Part shown: positions 39,530-45,628 of the stretch, piece after piece | How positions within the stretch are numbered: position 1 is the stretch's first letter | Layout of the letters: the number at the start of each line of letters is the position of its first letter | IMG/VR virus record: IMGVR_UViG_3300046782_000291 | Location: 692 to 64,691 of that record | Strand: one strand, 5' to 3' | From: a virus | Taxonomy: Duplodnaviria; Caudoviricetes | DNA length: 64,000 nucleotides | Notes under the pieces: model-generated | The model's database searches: none | The model's input: only the letters and a program-made list of their open reading frames with translations | Told to the model about the DNA's origin: nothing | Program-made: the position numbers and the translations under genes

Positions 39530-39593
39530 GGCACCTCATCAGGCCGGATGATTCCGGCGACGGACCGCGCGGTGGCGATCCGTTTCGTATGCC
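39530..39593 (-). ncRNA. Type II hammerhead ribozyme HH13
   Basis: GGCAUAC-GAAA-CGGAUCGC/GCGGUCCG-UC^GCCGG-AAUCAU-CCGGC-CUGAUGA-GGUGCC; predicted cut 39559/39558. Confidence 0.92.
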
Positions 39594-39692
39594 CTACTTC
39601 CAGAAGTTCCGGAGGATGTAGCCCCACGTGAACCCTTGCTGCTGGAGCAACCAGAATCGGCGGACTGCGAGTCGCAGGTTGATCCGTCTCAT
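39594..39692 (-). CDS. 32-aa basic/aromatic peptide (not in ORF track)
   Basis: GGAG RBS, ATGA overlap; TAG abuts HH13. Confidence 0.55.
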   Translation of the reverse strand: MRRINLRLAVRRFWLLQQQGFTWGYILRNFWK

Positions 39693-39928
39693 TTGGTCTC
39701 CTTCTTCGGTCCGATCCACGTCAACAGGAAAGAGCCGTCTTGCTTGACCAGCCCTGCGTTGATGAGCGAGCCGATGAGCGCCTCGTAGGTCCGAAGGCTC
39801 ATATGTCCCTGCATCCGAACGTACAGGTGGCCGGAGGGGATGGAGCCGACCTCCTGGATGATGTCCGCAACGGCTTTCACCACCTCTAGCATCGCCGTGA
39901 CTTGCTTCGAGGTGATGCTAGAGTTCAC
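39689..39928 (-). CDS. Small winged-HTH-like hypothetical protein
   Basis: GGAGG RBS; IPSGHLY...L...GLV pattern. Confidence 0.55.
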   Translation of the reverse strand: MNSSITSKQVTAMLEVVKAVADIIQEVGSIPSGHLYVRMQGHMSLRTYEALIGSLINAGLVKQDGSFLLTWIGPKKETK

Positions 39929-40073
39929 TGGACACCTCCGCCCGAATGTCGCGGTGGCGAGCCGGTCTGCGCTGGCCGAGGAACTTCATCATCGCGTCCA
40001 CGTGCTTGTACGGCGACAGGTCCACCGTGCGCGTTGTCTTCTTCGTTGTCTTGGTCGTCTTCTTCGTTTTCAT
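39918..40073 (-). CDS. 51-aa Lys/Thr-rich peptide after HH12 (not in ORF track)
   Basis: MKTKKTTKTTKKTTRTVDLSPYKH...; ATG 3 nt after stem II. Confidence 0.55.
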   Translation of the reverse strand: MKTKKTTKTTKKTTRTVDLSPYKHVDAMMKFLGQRRPARHRDIRAEVSSEL

Positions 40074-40076
40074 CGA

Positions 40077-40140
40077 GGCACCTCATCAGGCCGGTCCATT
40101 CCGGCGACGGATCACCCGGTGGCGGTCCGTTTCGTGTGCC
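40077..40140 (-). ncRNA. Type II hammerhead ribozyme HH12
   Basis: GGCACAC-GAAA-stem III-GUC^GCCGG-AAUGGA-CCGGC-CUGAUGA-GGUGCC; predicted cut 40106/40105. Confidence 0.92.
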
Positions 40141-40670
40141 TACCAACGAGCCCACGTGGGCAGGCGCTGGTAGATGCGTTCGGCAATCTTCTCGTACACG
40201 GTGGCGGTCGTGATCTCACCCTTGAGCCGGAGCCGTTTGGCGGTGGCGATGTTGGCGGCATAGTTCGCCAACTGACCCATGGCCAGCCGCGTTCCACGTC
40301 CACCGTTCGGGAACACGCCACGGACGTTCCGCCCATTCTGGTGGTCCGACCAGAAATCCATGAGCGTGGAGGCGTCCATCGTGTCGAGGTTCGGCACGTT
40401 GGCCTCTGGAACGAAGGCTGGCGTACACTTGTGCTGGTGCATCCGACCAACCGGAAGATGCCGCCCGCAATCGCAGATGGCCATGACCCGGAGACCGGCC
40501 CAGTTGCGCCGCATGCCCGTCTTCGGCGGCAGCGGACGAACGTACACGCGCACGCCGTCGATCACCCTCTCGGGCATCCCTTCGGCGGGCAGCGAGCCTT
40601 GCGTCACTCCGAGGTAGGTGTACATGTCGGTGGCGTTCGCATAGCGATACCGCCCAGTGATCAATTTCAT
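40140..40670 (-). CDS. Hypothetical protein (Cys/His Zn motif) between HH11 and HH12
   Basis: ATG and TAG both abut ribozymes; CDCGR...HQHKC. Confidence 0.7.
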   Translation of the reverse strand: MKLITGRYRYANATDMYTYLGVTQGSLPAEGMPERVIDGVRVYVRPLPPKTGMRRNWAGLRVMAICDCGRHLPVGRMHQHKCTPAFVPEANVPNLDTMDASTLMDFWSDHQNGRNVRGVFPNGGRGTRLAMGQLANYAANIATAKRLRLKGEITTATVYEKIAERIYQRLPTWARW

Positions 40671-40672
40671 AA

Positions 40673-40729
40673 GGCACCTCATCAGGCTGGTCCATTCCAG
40701 CGACGGGCTTGCGCCCGTTTCGTTATGCC
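40673..40729 (-). ncRNA. Type II hammerhead ribozyme HH11
   Basis: Stem I GCUGG/CCAGC (compensatory change); stem III CGGGC-GCAA-GCCCG; predicted cut 40702/40701. Confidence 0.93.
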
Positions 40730-41631
40730 TCGTCATCGCCTGTATGGAAACGAACGACTGCGTTGTCGAATGGCGTTGGAACAACCGTCACGTTCACGAC
40801 CACAGGCCGTTTGCCGAAGGAGAAGGATGGATCGTCCTTGCTCCGTTCGAACGTGGCCGTGATCGTCACCGTGTCGGTCCGGTTGATCTCCGCCTTGGCC
40901 GGGCACGTGAGCCAGACCTTGGCGTTGTTCTCCAGCTTCATGAGCATCTTCGTGACCACGCCAAAGTCAGTGGCCTGTTCCTTCATGCTCAACACGACGC
41001 CCGTGACGGTCACCCGTCCTTCCGGAGCCTCACCTTTGACCTCGGTGGCCTCTACCGCACGCCGTGCAGCGTTCTGGATATCGCGGGCCAGGGACGAAAG
41101 CACGGCAGCAATCTGGCGCTCGCTGAGCGAGCCGTACAGGTTGAGCTTCGCGAGCACGTCCTGCGCAAAGAGGTTCTTGGCGTGGACGGGGTTCTTGAGT
41201 TGTTCGACCGCGTCAGCGACCTCCGGATGTGTCGCGAGGAACGCGGTGCGCAGGTTCCAGATCTTCATCCTCGCGTGCCCGGCTTCCGCCTTGCTCTTCA
41301 GCTGGGCCAGCTTGAACGCCATCTGGTTCGCGAAGCCGAGCCGTTCAGTGCAATCGGCTCCGAAGACGACCACCTCACCGGTGGGCTGGTGACGGACGGC
41401 GGTGATCCACCGGACGTTCCCGTTGCCGCAGTGGACGCAGTGGTGAATCTTTGCGCGCCAGTTCGCGCCGAAGGTTCGCAGCATGTTTTCCTGGAACCAC
41501 TTGACCTCCAGCGCATACTCCTCGCTGGTCTGGCCATAGAACGGCGGACGTTTGTTGTCGAGGTAGTCCACGACTTCGTAGTGCGAGGGTTCGAAGTTCG
41601 TGGGGTTGTGGACGGTAGGCTTCTTGGCCAT
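40723..41631 (-). CDS. Hypothetical protein (Zn finger plus possible OB fold) between HH10 and HH11
   Basis: CVHCG...GADC; C-terminal EGRVTVTGVV..K beta-rich domain. Confidence 0.7.
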   Translation of the reverse strand: MAKKPTVHNPTNFEPSHYEVVDYLDNKRPPFYGQTSEEYALEVKWFQENMLRTFGANWRAKIHHCVHCGNGNVRWITAVRHQPTGEVVVFGADCTERLGFANQMAFKLAQLKSKAEAGHARMKIWNLRTAFLATHPEVADAVEQLKNPVHAKNLFAQDVLAKLNLYGSLSERQIAAVLSSLARDIQNAARRAVEATEVKGEAPEGRVTVTGVVLSMKEQATDFGVVTKMLMKLENNAKVWLTCPAKAEINRTDTVTITATFERSKDDPSFSFGKRPVVVNVTVVPTPFDNAVVRFHTGDDEA

Positions 41632-41633
41632 GG

Positions 41634-41694
41634 GGCACCTCATCAGGCCGGTTGATTCCGGCGACGAGGGTGGTTGGCCCTCGTTTCGTATGCC
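41634..41694 (-). ncRNA. Type II hammerhead ribozyme HH10
   Basis: Full core GAAA...GUC...CUGAUGA; stem III CGAGGG/CCCUCG; predicted cut 41663/41662. Confidence 0.92.
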
Positions 41695-41960
41695 TAGCGT
41701 GTCTTGTTCCGTTCCTCGCAGTAGCCTGCTGCCGCCTCCAGCGAGACGAACGGCTCAGTGTTCACCGCGTCATCGCCGTAGTAGATGTGGTACAGCTTGC
41801 CGAGGAGCCGCACGTGGTAGTGCTTCACCCCTGGCTGGTAGACGCGTGCGGCATCCTCCGCCTCGCCACGGCTGGCGAAGCCTCCAGCGAGGAGACCGTT
41901 GTCATTGTAGATGGCCCAGTGGCGGTCGAGGGTGCGCTGTCGCTGGACGACGATCATCAC
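41694..41960 (-). CDS. Hypothetical protein
   Basis: AGGAGG RBS, GTGA overlap; TAG overlaps HH10. Confidence 0.6.
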   Translation of the reverse strand: MMIVVQRQRTLDRHWAIYNDNGLLAGGFASRGEAEDAARVYQPGVKHYHVRLLGKLYHIYYGDDAVNTEPFVSLEAAAGYCEERNKTR

Positions 41961-42169
41961 AGCACCTCCTTCTCGATGACCGGTTGCTGAGCGAGCCGAT
42001 GCCCGTTCATCCGCGCCAGCGCGGCGTTGACGTTGGAGTAGGCTTCGCTGAGCGTGGCCGTGTCCCAGACGGAGGGAACGGTGACGGCTGCGAGTTTGTC
42101 GAGCCGTCGTGCAGCTGTTCGGAGCATCCGAGCCGCATCGTTGAGCGGGTGGGTCTTGTTCGATTGCAT
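41957..42169 (-). CDS. Hypothetical protein after HH9
   Basis: ATG 2 nt after stem II. Confidence 0.65.
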   Translation of the reverse strand: MQSNKTHPLNDAARMLRTAARRLDKLAAVTVPSVWDTATLSEAYSNVNAALARMNGHRLAQQPVIEKEVL

Positions 42170-42171
42170 AA

Positions 42172-42233
42172 GGCACCTCATCAGGCCGGTCAATTCCGGC
42201 GACGAGGGCTTGCCGCCCTCGTTTCGTTATGCC
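42172..42233 (-). ncRNA. Type II hammerhead ribozyme HH9
   Basis: Full core; upstream UAA lies inside the stem II bulge; predicted cut 42201/42200. Confidence 0.92.
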
Positions 42234-42571
42234 TGATCGGAGAACTGCGTCACGAACGTTGCCCAGGCAATCGTGCGCGCCTGGTCGGCAAGATTCGAGG
42301 TGTGGGAGGTAGACGACTCGGGAGACCGGGCACCGCGCAGCGCCTCGCGCATCGCGTAGGACAGGCAATACGCGGGTCCAGCCTTCGGGTTGTCGTTCAT
42401 GCAGCGGAGTTGGTCGGTCACGTTCAGCATGGCTGAGGCTTTGATCGCCTCGTCACCCCAGCTGAACGCATAGAACGGGTCCTTGCCGAATCGTTCGGAG
42501 AACTTCGCCAATTCACGCTTGGCCATCTCCTCCATCGAGTCGATCCACTTGGTGATTCGTTCGTTGGTCAT
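42227..42571 (-). CDS. Hypothetical protein between HH8 and HH9
   Basis: Start and stop both abut ribozymes. Confidence 0.7.
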   Translation of the reverse strand: MTNERITKWIDSMEEMAKRELAKFSERFGKDPFYAFSWGDEAIKASAMLNVTDQLRCMNDNPKAGPAYCLSYAMREALRGARSPESSTSHTSNLADQARTIAWATFVTQFSDQA

Positions 42572-42575
42572 GATA

Positions 42576-42633
42576 GGTTCCTCGTCAGGCCGGTCCATTC
42601 CGGCGACGGACCACGTGGTCCGTTTCGTGAACC
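42576..42633 (-). ncRNA. Type II hammerhead ribozyme HH8
   Basis: Stem II swapped to GGUUC(A)C/GGAACC (compensatory); core CUGACGA; predicted cut 42605/42604. Confidence 0.93.
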
Positions 42634-42675
42634 CGAACCGGTGGCGAGCCGATGCCCGCCACCGGGCGTGTCGTC

Positions 42676-43107
42676 CTACTTCTTGCCCTTGCCCTTGCCC
42701 GCGACGGGCTTGGCCGGAGCGTCAGCCGCCGGAGCGTCAGCCGCCGGAGCCGCAGCCGCCGGAGCCGCAGCCGCCGGAGCCACCTTGGGCGTGCCCACCG
42801 GCAACGAGGTGGGCGAGGGAACCTCGGTGAACCGGGAGGTCACCGCGCCAACGCTGGCCGACTTGCGCACCCAGCCCTTGGCGATCGCATCGGTCACCAG
42901 GGCATCGAACTTCGCCTTGGCCTTGGTCTGGGCATCCTTCTCGGTGAGGCTGATGGTCGTGCGCGCACCGCTCATCGCCCGCTCACCGGGGCGGATGGCG
43001 CTGATGAAGACGTGGATGCCGGTCTTGCCGGTGCGAGCGCGCACGGACATCTTGACGCCGGTGCTGTGGCTGAAGTTGACGGTCTGCTTGAAGTTGTTGG
43101 TAGCCAT
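42676..43107 (-). CDS. Basic protein with C-terminal APAA repeats and Lys tail (possible nucleic-acid binder)
   Basis: Own AGGAG RBS; 15-bp tandem repeats at about 42712-42781. Confidence 0.7.
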   Translation of the reverse strand: MATNNFKQTVNFSHSTGVKMSVRARTGKTGIHVFISAIRPGERAMSGARTTISLTEKDAQTKAKAKFDALVTDAIAKGWVRKSASVGAVTSRFTEVPSPTSLPVGTPKVAPAAAAPAAAAPAADAPAADAPAKPVAGKGKGKK

Positions 43108-43135
43108 GGTCGTGTCTCTCCTGAGAACTGAATGA

Positions 43136-43195
43136 GGACATCTCATCAGGCCGGTTGATTCCGGCGACGGGCTTCGCAGCCCGTTTCGATTGTCC
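43136..43195 (-). ncRNA. Type II hammerhead ribozyme HH7
   Basis: Stem II swapped to GGACA(A)UC/GAUGUCC (compensatory); predicted cut 43166/43165. Confidence 0.93.
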
Positions 43196-43479
43196 TACCG
43201 CTGTCGGTGGACCACCTCGACCTCGTGGTCCATGAGTTCCAACGTCCGTCCGTCCGTCGTGAGCACCGTCCAGCAATACTCCACGTTGTCCTCGGTCACC
43301 GTCGTGTCGGTGGCGACTCCGGATGCCGTCAGGCTTGGTCCTGCGTAGTCACCATCAATCGTATAGATGGCGGTGTTCAACCCGAGCACGAGCACGACCT
43401 GGCCGATGTCCGCGCTGGAGGGCGGAAGTTCACGTCCATTGTAGCCGTCTCTGTCGTGGGCGACGATCTTGAGTTTCAT
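43195..43479 (-). CDS. Hypothetical protein between HH6 and HH7
   Basis: Start and stop both abut ribozymes. Confidence 0.7.
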   Translation of the reverse strand: MKLKIVAHDRDGYNGRELPPSSADIGQVVLVLGLNTAIYTIDGDYAGPSLTASGVATDTTVTEDNVEYCWTVLTTDGRTLELMDHEVEVVHRQR

Positions 43480-43481
43480 AA

Positions 43482-43542
43482 GGCACCTCATCAGGCCGGT
43501 CCATTCCGGCGACGAGGGCGGCAAGCCCTCGTTTCGTATGCC
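43482..43542 (-). ncRNA. Type II hammerhead ribozyme HH6
   Basis: GGCAUAC-GAAA-CGAGGGC/GCCCUCG-UC^GCCGG-AAUGGA-CCGGC-CUGAUGA-GGUGCC; predicted cut 43511/43510. Confidence 0.93.
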
Positions 43543-43763
43543 TACTTCTCTGGAGCGTGGAACCAGCATCCATCCATATCCTTCTCCGGCTCCGTTGGAC
43601 CGAGGTAGTCCAACAGATCGTACAGCGCATCCTTCTTCGTTCTGCGCCATCCACCACCAACGCTCGCATCGGTCTCCAGATACCACCGCCACCCGTCTGG
43701 GGTCTTGGCGATGATGTACGCACCGAGCCGGTAGAATCCAGCGCCGATCTTCTTGGTCCTCAT
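43542..43763 (-). CDS. Hypothetical protein between HH5 and HH6
   Basis: Start and stop both abut ribozymes. Confidence 0.7.
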   Translation of the reverse strand: MRTKKIGAGFYRLGAYIIAKTPDGWRWYLETDASVGGGWRRTKKDALYDLLDYLGPTEPEKDMDGCWFHAPEK

Positions 43764-43765
43764 TT

Positions 43766-43826
43766 GGCACCTCTTCAGGCCGGTCCATTCCGGCGACGAG
43801 GGCTTGCCACCCTCGTTTCGTATGCC
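43766..43826 (-). ncRNA. Type II hammerhead ribozyme HH5
   Basis: Core CUGAAGA (variable position 7); predicted cut 43795/43794. Confidence 0.92.
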
Positions 43827-44119
43827 TACAGGTTGTCGAGCGTCACGCCGATGCGCGTCATCAGGTCCGTCCAGGTGCTCATGTCCGCACCCTTCTTCGT
43901 CTTGAGCACCTTCAGGTGATCGATGATTTCGTTCTTGTAGTCCGTCACGGCTTCGTCACCGTAGTCTGAAATTGCGTTCTCCATCCCAGCGAGTTCGAAG
44001 CACTCGTGGCAGATGTCGCCGCAACCGGATTGGTCGGCTTCGACGTGTCGCGTCAATCGCGTGCATACGCGGCAGTTGAAGGTTGACGACCCACGGCGGA
44101 AGGTCTTGATCGTTCTCAT
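43826..44119 (-). CDS. Hypothetical Zn-finger protein between HH4 and HH5
   Basis: F.CRVC.R.TR...ICHECFE motif. Confidence 0.7.
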   Translation of the reverse strand: MRTIKTFRRGSSTFNCRVCTRLTRHVEADQSGCGDICHECFELAGMENAISDYGDEAVTDYKNEIIDHLKVLKTKKGADMSTWTDLMTRIGVTLDNL

Positions 44120-44121
44120 TT

Positions 44122-44180
44122 GGCACCTCGTCAGGCCGGTCCATTCCGGCGACGGACCGCAGCGGTCCGTTTCGTATGCC
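44122..44180 (-). ncRNA. Type II hammerhead ribozyme HH4
   Basis: Core CUGACGA; stem III CGGACCG/CGGUCCG; predicted cut 44151/44150. Confidence 0.92.
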
Positions 44181-44372
44181 TTACGCTCGTGAGTGTCCGT
44201 TCCACGTGTCGCCGTCGCAATCTGGGCCCCATACCTGGTGCCACTGGATGCCTTCATCTTCCAGCCAGCTCACGAAACGGAATGCTTCATCCTTCGTGCG
44301 GAACTTGCGTGACTGGATACGGCCAAAGGGCTTCTTGCTGAACTCAACTCTGTAGGGGAAGGGCTTGCTCAT
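44181..44372 (-). CDS. Hypothetical protein between HH3 and HH4
   Basis: Start and stop both abut ribozymes. Confidence 0.65.
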   Translation of the reverse strand: MSKPFPYRVEFSKKPFGRIQSRKFRTKDEAFRFVSWLEDEGIQWHQVWGPDCDGDTWNGHSRA

Positions 44373-44376
44373 CTCG

Positions 44377-44440
44377 GGCACCTCGTCAGGCCGGTCCATT
44401 CCGGCGAACCGGGCCCAAGTGGGCTCGGTTTTCTAATGCC
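44377..44440 (-). ncRNA. Type II hammerhead ribozyme HH3 (variant with UUC triplet)
   Basis: 15.2-16.2 pair changed from C-G to A-U; 5' stem II strand GGCAUUA lacks C11.1; predicted cut 44406/44405. Confidence 0.82.
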
Positions 44441-44652
44441 TACTTCTTGTTGAGCGTGTAACGCGCATAGACCGATGAATTTACTGGCACATCGATCAGG
44501 CCATCTTTGCGCATCCGCCATCCAGTTGGCCCTGATGTCCTGCGCCCGTCGTCAAAAAACAGCGCCGATGAATAACCACCGCCACATGTCGGCAAGTCAC
44601 CAGCGCGCATCCTCCGCAACGCTTCTGCTCGTGAGAGGAATCGAGTCTTCAT
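44440..44652 (-). CDS. Hypothetical protein between HH2 and HH3
   Basis: Start and stop both abut ribozymes. Confidence 0.65.
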   Translation of the reverse strand: MKTRFLSRAEALRRMRAGDLPTCGGGYSSALFFDDGRRTSGPTGWRMRKDGLIDVPVNSSVYARYTLNKK

Positions 44653-44654
44653 TT

Positions 44655-44715
44655 GGCACCTCGTCAGGCCGGTCAATTCCGGCGACGAACCGCAGCGCGG
44701 TCCGTTTCGTATGCC
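44655..44715 (-). ncRNA. Type II hammerhead ribozyme HH2
   Basis: Full core; predicted cut 44684/44683. Confidence 0.92.
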
Positions 44716-44813
44716 TAGCGGTGAACCTCGGAGAGCGCCAGCGCGGCGCCCATCACGAGGGTGGTTGCGAGATCGTAACAGAGAAGGAAGAGAGCGACAA
44801 TCGGAGAATTCAT
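44715..44813 (-). CDS. 32-aa hydrophobic peptide (not in ORF track)
   Basis: GGAGG RBS, ATGA overlap; TAG overlaps HH2. Confidence 0.5.
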   Translation of the reverse strand: MNSPIVALFLLCYDLATTLVMGAALALSEVHR

Positions 44814-44926
44814 CGTGACCTCCGGGCCACCACGCGGTGGGCGTGGACGTTCATGTCGAACGATTCGACTTCTTCACCCTGCAGAACGCACACGGAGACG
44901 AGGAGGAGAGCGAACAAATGCTTCAT
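44810..44926 (-). CDS. 38-aa peptide with signal-like N-terminus after HH1 (not in ORF track)
   Basis: MKHLFALLLVSVCVLQG... Confidence 0.4.
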   Translation of the reverse strand: MKHLFALLLVSVCVLQGEEVESFDMNVHAHRVVARRSR

Positions 44927-44929
44927 TGG

Positions 44930-44991
44930 ATGGAACCATCATCAGGCCAGTTAATTCTGGCGACGGGCTTGTGGCCCGTTTCGTATGCCAT
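44930..44991 (-). ncRNA. Type II hammerhead ribozyme HH1 (weak stem II)
   Basis: Stem I GCCAG/CUGGC (compensatory); intact GAAA, GUC and CUGAUGA; stem II imperfect; predicted cut 44962/44961. Confidence 0.8.
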
Positions 44992-45355
44992 GTCGTTGCT
45001 GGAATCCAACCAGCGGCCCAGCGGGCTGCAAGAGCACGACGTTGCGAGAGCACGCCACCACCCGGTCGATTGGGCGGTGGCGGCGGGTCGGTTTTGGTCT
45101 TCGGGGTTTGTCTTCGGGGTTCCTCGGAGAGAGTCGCCTGGGCCTGGGCTGAACGTGCTCCCTAGACTCTCTCCGTCTTACTTCGTGACCGCGTCCATCT
45201 CGACGTTCGGGGGTGCTGACCTCGTCTCTCGACGATTCATCCCGGCGCATCGCGCTGGTCGTTTCCGTTCTGGCGCCTTTGGCTCCGGTCTTCTGGACAG
45301 TAAGGGCAACCCGTTCCCGGTCACGGTCCGCTTAACACGACAGCGAACTCCTCCA

Positions 45356-45384
45356 AATATACGCGGAGGGCAGCAACCGCGCAA
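45356..45384 (-). promoter_or_regulatory. Sigma70-like promoter driving the ribozyme-array operon
   Basis: TTGCGC-17 nt-TATATT on the - strand with an AT-rich upstream region. Confidence 0.65.
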
Positions 45385-45416
45385 GTGGAAAACGCACCAT
45401 TTGAGCAGAAAGTTGA

Positions 45417-45441
45417 TAAACTGCCTAATTACAGCAGTTTA
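45417..45441. promoter_or_regulatory. Inverted repeat (operator-like) upstream of the promoter
   Basis: TAAACTGC-N9-GCAGTTTA. Confidence 0.45.
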
Positions 45442-45628
45442 CGGGCACCAAATAAATGCGTTCTGCTGCCCTCCAGACGGCTGCGCGCCCCACGAGGGCG
45501 CATTCCTAGCTCCAGAAAACGGAGCCGATTTTGCCCGGTTTTCTGCTGCCCAAATGCGCGAAATGCCGCCCCAGAGCATCTCGGCTCCGAGGCGGCATCC
45601 GGTTGCGAGCGTTTGCGAGGTCGATGCG

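Noticed and set aside
39528-44676. ORF-track starts such as MRCLM, MRCPM, MDRPDE and MTGLTRC
   Set aside because: These are translations of the ribozyme sequence; the probable starts are the ATGs just after stem II
39530-44991. CRISPR array interpretation of the 13 repeats
   Set aside because: Spacers are 200-900 bp and protein-coding, the repeats covary structurally, and there are no cas genes
39530-44991. Integron attC sites or intrinsic terminators
   Set aside because: No RYYYAAC/GTTRRRY boxes, no integrase and no U-tracts; the conserved unpaired bases match the hammerhead core exactly
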